A DNA stretch of 64,000 bases, from the NCBI GenBank assembly GCA_002633005.1, contig NMRA01000030.1, forward strand, positions 381,980 to 445,979. The letters are read 5' to 3'. Shown in pieces: positions 1 to 12,400 of this stretch. The notes below the pieces were generated by a model. That model did no database searches, was not told the origin of the DNA, and was given only the letters and a program-made list of their open reading frames with translations. Both the position numbers and the translations under genes were made by a program. Each line of letters begins with the position of its first letter. Position 1 is the first letter of the stretch. This DNA comes from Phoronis australis (lineage: Eukaryota > Animalia > Phoronida).

Positions 1-460
1 TGAGCTGTGTTGTGGGCAGAATTGCTGTAGGCAAACACTCTACTGATAAGCTGTGTTGTGCTTGATAAATGGCAGACTATTAATATGCATATTGGGTTTG
101 ATTTCAGCAAGTGTTTGGCAAACAAAGGCGAGAACTGGTGATTTTGTTTTTTCATTAGTCTGTTCAAAGATTGTAACTTCAAAAAGTCCCATCCAACAAT
201 AATCCCAAAAATGTATTTTCAACAATATAAATGATAATGCCCCAGGCGTTTAATTCAGTGCATCTTTGAATATTACGGCTCCGTGTTGTGTTTGCAATTG
301 CCATGCAGTGACAGTCTTATTTGGTTTACACGTGCCTGTCATTTTTTGCATGTAGATGCGTGTTCAAAACTTTGTGTAGTGGTCCACTGAGAAAACATCT
401 CACCAAATTTAACCATTAATTGTCCATCAAATATGTTGCCATGGTTACTACTTATTCTAG

Positions 461-3400
461 CCAATGCCAGCCAAGATAGCCATACAGGTGTATTCAGTCT
501 GAGTACAGCTAAAGTTACAATACAGACGCAAGAGTACGCTGAGATTGTTGACAGCATTCAGGAGCTGGCTGTGGTCGATCTCAGTCTCCTAGCAACCAAA
601 GAAGACCTGATATGTTTCTATAGTAACAGCCTGAACCTAATGTACATCCATGTGCTACTGCATCAGACTGAGGTCTTAGTAAACAAGGAGGTTAGTGCAA
701 GATGCTTTAATGCCTCTCTGTTCCTTTAAATGAGGATAAACTTGACGATCAAGGTTTTATAGAATCCCATTATCCTATGACATACAGCTATTCACATGTC
801 TCTGTAATTTTCCCGCCATATGTTTTGCATGTTGTGTGTATTCCTTCTCTTGATAATACAGCTCACTGTAAGTTAGGAAATGTCAAGTACTAGTAACAAA
901 GATGAAAATTTACTTTGACCTTATAATTTCATCCTTTAGATAAACACTGATACAGAGACCTGTAGTAGGAATCTGGACTATGTTATTTGTAGTTAATGTA
1001 TTGTGACTGTAGCAAGATAATACAAGACCACAAGAAATGATGCCAATGAAAGTCAAATGTTTCATGAGTGAGCTTGAGGCCTTACCAGGCTTGTCAACCT
1101 CTACATTCGGGCTATAGTTCTTACATTTTGACTTTTATTGTGGTCAGAGATAAGATTCTCTGATGTATTCAGATTAAGTTGAATCATGAAATTCGTTCTT
1201 TATTTCGCCAAAACTTTTTTTATTTAGTTTCCACATTTGAAAGCATGCTTATACATTGTTTCAAATGTACGGAAAAACTGATGCACGTTTAAAGCTAATT
1301 GTTGCATGTTGTCTGATTCATAAAAAAAATTCTGAATTAAAGTGGCTGAGTAATACGTGCCATATTCGTTTGTAGTGGACTACATCTGAAACAGTACTGC
1401 ATGTTACCATGACTACTAGCATCCCTTTCTAGGCTTTAACAAGTCTACCTTACATATGTAACCTGCTCACCACTGAAATGATTGGCTGGTAAGCACTGGC
1501 AAAGCCAGGCATATTGAATGGGAGGGGGCAGTACTGAAGAAAAATTGTTTCCAGTTGAGAAGGTTGGCAACCTGCGGGCTCTTGGCAATGATCAAGGGGA
1601 AGTGCAAAATTGAAATGAGTTTCGTCTGGGTGTGTTCTTTTTTGCAACAGTGGGCCTCGTTGTGTCAAATTAGTCTTGACTGTCCCTCCAACATTTAACT
1701 TGTTGAGTAAGCAATGACTTGAGTTTCATTTACATCCCATTTATAACTTCATCATCACAAGATTGTCATCTGAACTGTTTCTTATAAGACTAGGTCACCT
1801 TTTTTGTATTTTTGTATTGTTCTCGTTCACTAGATATTTAATTTGTTCATTTGATCCATATTTCCGTAACAACAGATGGAGAGTGCAAAGAGACCTCTGA
1901 ATACCCCTCTCGATGACAGCTACTCAGCCAGCATATTTGATTTGCCTGACAGCAAATTAGACTCGGTCATTATACAGTCCAAGATGGCCTACAAGATTGG
2001 ACAGCTAGGTGTAGTCAGGTTTGTCTCAGTATACAATGGATACAGTCAAATGTGGATTTTTCTTGTGAACAGCGGCCAGAGTGACAGTGAAACTTCATTT
2101 TTGGAATTCCACTTTTATTTATTGTTGCACTCACATGTGCAAATAATTTTGGTCAATCATAACTTATCTACCAACAGGGGGTGTTACATGTGGTCGTAGA
2201 AGACAAAGAAATGAATTGATTTCAATGTTTGGCTATTTTAGAGTTCAGGAATGTCAACTAATCATATTTATCTATCATCCAACTAAAGGATTGTTAACTG
2301 GAGGCCATTGAAAGGGTTTCACTTTTCACTTGCGTTTGAGGGTCACGGTTATACTGATGACCTTGTGTCTGTCTCTATTACTGTGTATGTATTAAGTCAT
2401 TATAAAGAGTATATTGGGGCTGCACAAGTGTATTGGGGCTGTACAAGTACTTTAACCCTGTGTCCTAAGTGTATAGTCATCATCATACTGAATATTAAAT
2501 CTGTTCACCAATCAGACACTTAGAGATCAGTAGATATCATAATGATTAATTATGGTTTCCATCCCGCAGTTTGTTCGAGCTTCACTACCTCATTACAAGG
2601 GCGGGCTTACCCTCACCCACCTGTGCCTATAACCTGATCGCAGACCGCACCCATGCGCTGACCAGCTATGACCCTTGGTATCAATATCTTCCTGACTGTG
2701 AGCCACGCCTACTATTTGCCATCAGTCAAGGATGTCTCTCGTCACCGCCCGTTCAGGTAAGTGACTTGCAGAATGAATAAATCTATTTAGTTGTACATTC
2801 CATAGACCCAAAACAATCATGAGAAGACTAGTGTGATGCTTCACTTGTAAAGTACGGTGATATCTCAGTTTTCTTGCATCATCTTGTGTTTTCTCAGGTT
2901 TCTTGCTTTTACGAAGCGTCATAACATATCACAAAGTCAATAACACTTGAATGCTCATTGTTAAACAAACTCTTAAGTTGTCAAGCAGTTATGGGGGCAT
3001 TATTAGAGTTATGGTCGAAAAAAAGTATTTTTGAGACTATTGCTTGATGTGATAGACTTCCTGAAATCGTTAGATTTGACCAGAGTTATAAAACAATAAA
3101 ACCCTGTCGATGTATTTTGTATTTCCATTACAAGTCACCAGTTCTGACCATTGTATGTCAGACATTTGCAAAACTTCAAATACTCGGTTATTAACGCATG
3201 GGATGTGGTTCAGAACGCAGAGTATGAAACAGGACACTACATATCTACTGAGTTGTTCATGTGTTGCCCTGGGCTGTCTGTACCATTTTGAACTGGACAG
3301 AAAGCGAGTGTATTCTAATTAATATGAATGTTATGACTGGTTAGAGCATTACAGCTTTAAAGTCACATGTTTGTGAATTGTGTCATATCTGCTGTAGGTA

Positions 3401-6400
3401 TTGATGCCTGAGTTATTAGAGACTCAGTTGAACGCAGCCAGGGTAGACTACCTCAACCACAACATTGATGTCAACCTTGAGGAAAGAACAGTAAGTAACC
3501 AGGTGGTGCTTGGTAACTAGATGGTGCAGAGTAGCTAGGTGGTGCGGGGTAGCCAGGTACTGCAGTTGATTACATATTGACGCCACGGTGTAGTGGTTAA
3601 GGTGCTGGACTCAAATATCTATAGTTTCAGAAGTCGTGGGTTCAAGTCCCTCCTCGGACAATATATAATCAAAAAAAATCACACCATGATGAGTGTACCA
3701 CACATCTGTGCTCGTTCTGCTTAGAAAGCAGGAACACCCGACGATGGCCAAAGAATAGACCGACCGAAACGTTGTGGCAGTGTAAATAGACAAGAGGTCA
3801 GTGTAAATAGACCAAGAAATTTTAATAATAGTTGTAGCTCCCCACCACTTCAAAATGGTTTTAGAAAGTCATTCAGCGTTCTTGACATCAAAAATTGACA
3901 CAAATTAGTAATTTGGAGCTTTAAGTAAAATCTGGTTCTCTAAAAGGTCCCCTAAGATAGCCCTATTCTATCGTGAAGTTCATTTCAGGTCACGTTTCCT
4001 GAACTTTTATTGTGGCATGAGAATGACTTCATCTGTGACTCTGATGACATTGAGGTCACAGAGGTCGAGCATAGCAACCTAGTCAGCCTGGCTTTGGAAC
4101 ATACGTCTGACAAGACACATGACATGTTGTCGCGCCTAGTCACATTGAAAGGCATTGGTAAGAGTTGATGGAGCTTATTGTGATGACAACTTTGAGTCGT
4201 CATGATACACCTTTATTTATTTACTAATTGACTCTGCAGGACTCTATTTTCAAGACTTGACTGTGGTCAAGTGTAATTTGCTTTGTACTGTGAAGAGAGG
4301 TAATCTGCTGCACCATTTGTTCCCACTTGTCATTCATATACCAGCACAGCCATCAGACATATACCAGCACAGCCATCAGACATATACCAGCACAGCCATC
4401 AGACATATACCAGCACAACCATCAGACACATACCAGCACAGCCATCAGACACATACCATCACAGCCATCAGACACATACCAGCACAGCCATCAGACACAT
4501 ACCAGCACAGCCATCAGACACATACCAGCACAGCCATCAGACATATACCAGCGCAGCCATCAGACATATACCAGCACAGCCATCAGATATATACCAGCAC
4601 AGCCAATAACACTAGTAGACATAATAGTGAGGAAGGTTGATAATTAGTAAAACTCTGTGTGAGGAGCCTTCAAGGTTGACTCTCAGGCAGCTTTAGGTGC
4701 TGTCTAGCAAAATAATATTCCATTTTGCAGTGTAGAGTACCCTTGAAAGTCTGAACAGAGTTTTTGGTGGGGCAATCAAATGTTTCTTGCTCAACTATGC
4801 CTTCATTAGATTAGAGTATTGCTACTGTCTTGAAATACTTTTATTAGAGACTTCCATTGTTTTTTAAAATTAATGAAATAGTGTTTGTCATTTCAGATAA
4901 AAGCAACAGTGACTCAGTGTATCACGTCAAGTTTGAGGCTTTCTGTGATGACTTTGTCTTCTCGTTTTCACACCTTCCATCTGTCTCATCGTTGCCTCCG
5001 TCTGGTTTGCGACGTATGTCTTCACTGTCGTTGAACTTGGACTCCCACTCCCTGACGAGTTCTGTCTCTCTAACTCGGCAAGATTCCCAGTTAGAAAAAG
5101 CTAATTTTCAGCTTACCCCAGAAGCATTGGATTACTTAAAGACCAACTCCAATTTAATAGCTACTCTCGTGAGTCTCATTTGCTCTGGTGGACTGGATTT
5201 AATTGGTTTTGGCCATAACAGCAACCATTTCAGTGACACCATAGAGGATGCTAAGTCGAATACTCTTGATGAACATGTGCAAATGGATTTGAGTAATCTA
5301 CGAAGTCAGCACTATCAGAAACTAGTTGAGGAGTTCCCTGCTCTGTATGAACACATTGTTGCCACTGTTGGACCTCTGATCAAATCATCGTCAACAAAGA
5401 GTAATACTGCAGAACTACCGAGAACAAAGACTCAAGATAAAAGCATCGAGAAGCTGGAAAGGAACTTGATGAAAACTGGAATTCTAGCTGATGAAGATGA
5501 CTTTCCTGAATCCAGAAAAGAGGAATCTTTTAAAGATTTTGAAAATGAAGAGACAGAAAGTGACCCTGTTGCCATGATGTTCACAACACCTATCAATCCT
5601 GCCCTTCGACCGTGCACTCTCAGTATTCACCGCAGGAGGTTGTTTCAGGCTGTTATCTCAACAACCTTAAACAGGTTGCTTCTGCAGAAGAATTGGACAG
5701 CCATCTTGGATATCATTGGCACAATTCCAAAACCCATGCTTCAGAATGACCTTGACCTCATACTTCTGCGAGACTTCATTCTGTGCTGTGTAGTGAGGGA
5801 AATAGATCTAGAATTTGTTGACATTCCAAACAGTGCTTCAAACAAAGATGAAACTCTCTCAGAATCTGTAGCTGGTTCTGAGGAAGCATCTGAAAAATGG
5901 AAGTACTTCTCACAGATGTTCGATGCAGATATGCAAGCCAGGAGCATTTTGGGTACTCTGGAATTGTGGGATGTTGATGTTTGTATCCGTCTGCTGGACA
6001 TGTGTCTGTGTCGTGTTGATCTTAGTCCTGGCTTGAGAACCAGTGTACAGGAGTGTGTCGATGTACTTCAAGTGTATCAGAGGGTGAGTTATCTTTTGTC
6101 TAAACTTAAGTTGCTGGTATTCGTTGAAGGACAGTGTGCATTTATGTGTCTTGTCATTGGTAATTAATTAACCATCTTTTTGTTAATTCATTTTGATGTG
6201 TATATTAAGCAATTGGAAACTAAACATTTTGATGTTGATAACACATCATCATTTCAAATGCAATATATTTTATTGTTTTTCATGCTTGTAAAGTTTGTGA
6301 TAAGAATCTAAGTTTGACTGTTGTCAGCGTGTATCTTTTTATGGTTAGAGATCTATTAGATATTTACAGGAGATTGTGGGACACCAGTTGTCCAGCTGAG

Positions 6401-9400
6401 TGTGCAACAGCTAATGACCTAGATAATGTACACCTGCATTTCCCGCCATCAGATGGCAAAGGGAATGTATATACCACAATTCTCTGCCTGTAGAATGGTC
6501 CATCCTACAGTTACAGTGTCCAGTTATAAACCACTGTCAGTTCAATCAATATCTACCCAAGGAACAATTTGTCTTCAGGTATTAAATTATAGCTTAAATC
6601 AAAAAATAGTTATTTTGACCAGAGGCATTTTTTTCTGTTTGACTGTTGAGATATTTGCCATGATGCAATTTCTTCTAATGCTAAGCAGTTTAAAAATTAC
6701 CTGACTTTATTGCAGATAACGGATTGTGCCAAAAACCTGCAGAGTAAGTCCTCTATGAGAATGAAACACGACAAAGGGGCAGAATCATTCTGGAAGCTTG
6801 AGCATGATAGACTGGAGAGACTGACAAGCTGGCAGTGTGTGAAGGATGATTCAGGCTCCAATCCTGAGAATGTATTAGACTTGCTGATGGAGTCAAACGC
6901 ATACGATGTGGCCAGAAAATGGTCCGACTTGCACAACTTACACATAGAGCTGAAACAGGTACACGACGTGACAGAAGTAATCAAAATAAACGCGTCTGTT
7001 TCCTTATCATGACGGTTAATTCTGTTAACAGCAAAATTAATGGTAATAATTATTGTGGCTCCAAACTTCTTGCAGAATGTCATAGTCACCTTCCTGATGT
7101 TCCTGTTAAATTCCCTTCATTCTCAGTCACGAGGGGAGGCTCCTCTGGCGATGCGTTCAGTTTCTGCCCACCTGTCATGATGGGGGAATTGGGTTTTTTG
7201 TCTGAGGACTTTTTGCGTAGTGTAGGTAGTACTGTGTATATTGGTTTTAAAAATTGGATGATGTCTGTTCTCATCAAGAAGTTTAAAAATATATTAAGTG
7301 CTAGCCTATGTTTTTAATATATGCTTTGTTTTTTGATAGCTCAATCACTGGCATATTTTCTACAATTATTGCTCAGTATTAAGAGTTGTACAGTTTTATA
7401 TTTACCAGCAAATATTTGGTAGTTCTAGATGAAAGGACTATTTAGCTACAATACACAATTATCAAACAATCGGAGAAATGAAACTCGGTTTTTCAAATCA
7501 ATTACCTTATCTTTTCTGTTCGGCGATTGTCCATTTTTTTTTATTCTGTTATGGACAAAAACTGAATGATGTAATTTTCTGCACTATTGTTGATTCGGAC
7601 TTTGGTTATTTTATTAGAAATCAGTTTTTGTATTGTCTTTTTAATTCAAATCTTGTGTGTATGTGCGTGTGCGTGTGTGTGTCTCTGATTTGCCACATGA
7701 AATGTTGAGTGTATGCTAAATTTGAAAGTGGTGATCTCTGCAATATCTATCATATCTTAACAAATTATTTTGATGTTCACACATAACAGGCTGTTGCATT
7801 AGACATCAGCTTGTGGTGCCCTCTACCTTCTGTTACATGAACTTATTGACTTTAATGTTCTCTAAAGAGGAAATACTATTCAGCGAAACTTATTTATAGG
7901 AACTTTAAATGATAGCCAGCTAGTAGGTACTTTAAGAATGAATGGAAAGTATATGTGAAACTCTAAATGACTTACTTTTCAGAAAGTTGAAGAGGAGTCT
8001 ATGCTGTATTTACTTAGCCTGGAGCCTGCTGATACTAATAAGGCTTATCGTGTGTTGGAGAGAATAATGGCAACAGATATAGACTTGTGCTTCCAGTAAG
8101 CATTTTTATTTTCTTCAGATGTCCTAAGTTATCATTTGTTTATATTTTGGAAATTGTAGCAAGAGCTTTTCAACCTGCAAAAGTTTATGTGTTTTGGCGT
8201 CATTTAAGGAAAATATCTACTGTATACCATTGTTGTGTCATAATGAAATATAAAGAAGAGAAAATAATGAAATCACTCAGAATCTCCTGCATTTGTTAAT
8301 TTTATGAAAGATTTTTGGTCATTATTGTTAGTCATTAAGATGAATATGAAATCTTTGTTCAAGTGTCTTGCAGTACTCTTTTTATTTATATTTTTTCGCA
8401 AAATCTTAGTTAATGTCAGTTTTTATGAATCAGTTTTTGCTTTCCTTAATGCTTTCTTTAGATCAAAGCAGACGAATTCACAACATATGGTAACTTTGGT
8501 AAAAGTCAACAGCTTTTTAATAATTGTGTTTTCTCATCAAATTTTTTAACTAATTTTTAGTACAATTGTTGGGATTAGAAGTACTCCGACATTTCTTTCT
8601 GTATTATAAATTGATGTCCTATTTCTTAATGTTTCAGGGTGTGTCACAACTTGTTGTCAAAACTAACGTACCAGCATGCCAGTATTCTCTTTGTCGCTCA
8701 GTTTGTGCTCAGTGAACTCAGTGAAGAGCTTGGAGACGCTAAACGGGAGGAACTACATCTGAAGTGTATGGGAGCCAAGGTATGTTGTGAAAGTGCTGTT
8801 GCTGCTGCTGTTGCTGTTAGTACTACCACTGCTGCTGCTGCTGTTGCTGTTAGTACTGCTGCTGCTGTTAGTACTGCTGCTGCTCCTGCTGTTGCTCCTG
8901 CTGCTGCTCCAGCTGCTGCTCTGCAGTTGCTGCTCCTGCTGCTGATGCTGTTGCTCCTGCTGCTGCTCCTGCTGCTGCTCCTGCTGCTGCTGCTCCTGCT
9001 GCTCCTGCTGCTGATGCTGCTGCTGCTCCTGCTGCCTCGTCAATGCTGCTGTACAGCTGTAATGTGCTAACCGTGTTTAAGGCACTAATTCTATGTTATT
9101 GTATTTATTTCTGGAAAATTGACATTAAAATTTATGAAATTTGATATTTTAGTGCATTTTACCGTCAAACTGCCAACTTAACATGTGTAAAGCTGGGCTT
9201 TTTTAGTGTGTTTTCATGCCAAACTTTCAAAAATTGATGAAATTCATGTTCGTGTTTCAGCTAAAGTTTTATATTATTCAGTTATAGTGTGTTTTAATTT
9301 CTGCGATCTTAAACTTAAATGTTTCTTTGATACGAATTGGTGTGAAAATTCACTTCAATCCCAATTTGAATGCCAATTTTTCAGAGTGAAAAAGAATTGA

Positions 9401-12400
9401 AACAAATTTGTTCTTTAAAAATAAACATAATGAAAGCTTACTCTATGTGAAAATTTCCAAGATTGTGTTTTTAAAATCAGCATTGTGTTTTTAGAAAGAT
9501 GCCATAATAGACAATTTAGCAAGTGTGATATTGTGTGCACGTGTGATGCTAATAAGCCCACAATGATTATGTAAAGTCTTTCTGATAATTTTCTGTTTTG
9601 TATGTTTGCAGGCATTGCTGTGTATACCGAGTGCGGCCCGTACTGATTATGAACACCTCATCAGCTCTCCTCAACTTTTATTGGAGCAGCTGATTATGAA
9701 CATGAAGATTGAGTGGGCTGGCAAGGCATTTGGTCAGATACAGCAGCACTATAGCCATCTGTTGGACAAAAATATAGGCTGCACAGTGGCCAACTTTGAT
9801 GCGTTGTTGATTGGTTACGCGTCTAAAGCCGTGGAATTTCCTGTTGAGGAAGTAGAAGCATCAGGTTTGGCAATTTTTTTTTCAAAATGTTTAGATTTGT
9901 GTAAAAGTTGAATACAAGCTGCCCATGACTTTTATAAATAGAGTGTCCTCAAAATTGAAAAATATATTTGTATCCTTAATTAAATCCTTATGAATAGAAA
10001 TAACACATTTTGATATTCAGAAATCCATTTCCATCATTATTATGGGAGGTTTAACTGACGATTAATTCTATTATCCTACATGCTGCAGGATACTATTTTG
10101 AAATTTTGTTATTTTTTATCCTTCCATCTCAACTTGTGCAAAATTTCAAGTCAAGGGATTTGATGTCATAGATCATAGACAAGCGATTTATAACTCTGAT
10201 ACTTTCCTGTAATTAATTCCCAGAGGAGGCGCTACTCTCTTCCTTAATGCAACACAGCTTCTGGTAATTGAGCAGACAACGTACTCGGCAGATGTAAAAC
10301 AGGCCATCATATTAGTCACTGCTTTAGTAGTTTTGCATTCAAATGTAAAACTGATTGTTGGTCGCGGCTTGTGCAAGATCACACATCTTGTACACTGATA
10401 ATATTCAGAGTTGCCGGCTTATGTACCATTTATTTCATCTAACAGAAATCACATAAAGGAATATATGTACCGAGCCGCAAATCAAAAACGTATGCAAGCA
10501 TATAGTCTATGGTGACATGCACTCATCATGACATCATCAAACATTGCCGTCTGTTGCTATAGTTACAGAATACCATTCATTGCACCTCTCAATCTATTCA
10601 AAATTGTTGGAAGGCATGATAGTACTGTCTTTTTATAACTTAAATACTTGTCCTATCATACTCGTGGTATATTTTGGTACTTCAAAAAACTACAGTAGAG
10701 CAGATCACTAAAATACTTAAAAAGATGGCTATATTTTGATACCAGTCATGTCTTATTTTCTGGTAGAAATGAAATGACATATAACCATTGTTTCATATAT
10801 CTTTGCCATGTCTCTTGGTGATCTGTTGTGCTGTTGATGTTTGAGAGATTAACAAATACACAACAAATTTCAGAGAGTGTCCATTCTAGTGGCATGTGTT
10901 GAAGTAATGTTTGCACAGTGGGGGCATGGCCAAACTATGCTGATCTCTGATTGGTATACAGGTCAATGTTCTGTGTTACCACTGACACATTTTGTGCATG
11001 TATTTGTACAGTAGGGGCGTGGCCAAACTATGCTGATCTCTGATTGGTATACAGGTAAATGTTCTGTGTTACTACTGACACATTTTGTGCATTTATTTGC
11101 AGCATCTCCAAAGGAGAGAGTTAACAGCAGCAGACAGTCTAATCTCACATCTCCTTTCAATGACAAAACAGTGACCCCTGTGGGCAGTCTAAAGAGGACG
11201 AAATCCTCAAGTAAGCCAAAGCAGTGTGGTGATTTCGATAAGTCACAACACTGTTGTATGATATCGTTTTAAATTTGTTGGTTTTACAAGAAGTTGTAAA
11301 AAGGCAACACATGGAAATTGATATAGCCAACAGTGAAGTTATGTCAGTACTGGCGTCTTAATTTGGGTTAATTATAAGTAAACAAATGAAATGTTACAAG
11401 AATTTCATAACTGACAAAGTCACATTCAGTATTGCAATGAATTATAACCCTGTGTCATGTGTACTATTGTATTCTGTGTAGGTGTCAGCCGATCCCCCCA
11501 GTTTCCTCAAGGTTCACTACCAGGCAAAGGGGAACAATTAACTCCAGTGTTTTATGTTGATGGCAAGTTTGCTATGCCGGCAGAGCCACCTACCAAAGAT
11601 CAGTGGATTCCCGACTCAGCGGTTGATGGCTGCATGATATGTAGTGAAACATTTAGTATGGTGAGTGAACTCTCATAATTCAACATTTAAATGGTAAATT
11701 AATTTCAGTTACAATCATTTTGCAAGTGTGCACTAGCGAGGTTGTTGACTTACCGGTGAAACACTAGTGATACCTTGCCTTACACAGGTGAAGCCTTGCA
11801 AGGTTGAACCTTTAATTTGCATCTCTTGGCCCTATAATGAGATTTGTTTCATAACTTTTTCTGTTCCCGTTTTGCCAGTCACAATCCGTAACAATGTTAT
11901 TTTTTGTGCACAGTTTAACAGACGTCACCACTGTCGTCGATGTGGTCGTGTTGTCTGCAGCGCATGCTCTCAACACAGTAGTGTCATACGAGGAGCCTCA
12001 GCCAAGACCTGTAATGATTGCTATAAACAGATATTTCAAGAAAGGTACAGTAGGCGTATCTTGCTGCACACTGTCAAACTGTGCCAAACTAGACACACTT
12101 TGGTAGCACACTGTCAAATTATGTCAAACTGGACATACTTTTGGCAGCACACTCTCAAATTATGGCAAACTGGACACACTTTTGGCAGCACACTCTCAAA
12201 TTTTGGCAAACTGGACACCCTTTTGGCAGCACACTCTCGGATTATACCAAAGCTTTGATTCTCTTTATGCTGGAATTGTTCAACATTTGTCACAATAAAA
12301 TAGCACTGCTGTTGAACTTTATTTGGAGTTAATTAGACCTTATTGATCCAAGCTGCTCATTATTTTAGTATCAGTGGCAAAGGTGACTATGTCCTGAACA

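Larger units (their letters stand above)
461..4970 (+). other. DUF547-like domain encoded by the first in-window ZFYVE26 exons
   Basis: Spliced translation: DLSLLATKEDLICFYSNSLNLMYIHVLL ... YKIGQLGVVSLFELHYLITR ... EPRLLFAISQGCLSSPPVQVLMPELLETQLNAARVDYLNHNIDVNLEERTVTFPELLLWHENDF. This follows the DUF547 pattern (l..l...e.laFwiN.yN.l.ih; y.Ig....Sl..ieh.ilR; dpRihFal.cg..S.Pp; v.lpki..Wy..DF) as recalled; no HMM was run. Confidence 0.75.

Noticed and set aside
3581-3660. Functional tRNA (Leu-CAA, or a Sec/opal-suppressor TCA tRNA that could decode the SULT TGA)
   Set aside because: Acceptor and D stems do not pair. The stem register puts CAA, not TCA, at the anticodon, and there is no long variable arm.
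8753-9043. Poly-Gln/poly-Ser ORF on the minus strand
   Set aside because: Antisense reading of the intronic CTG tract.
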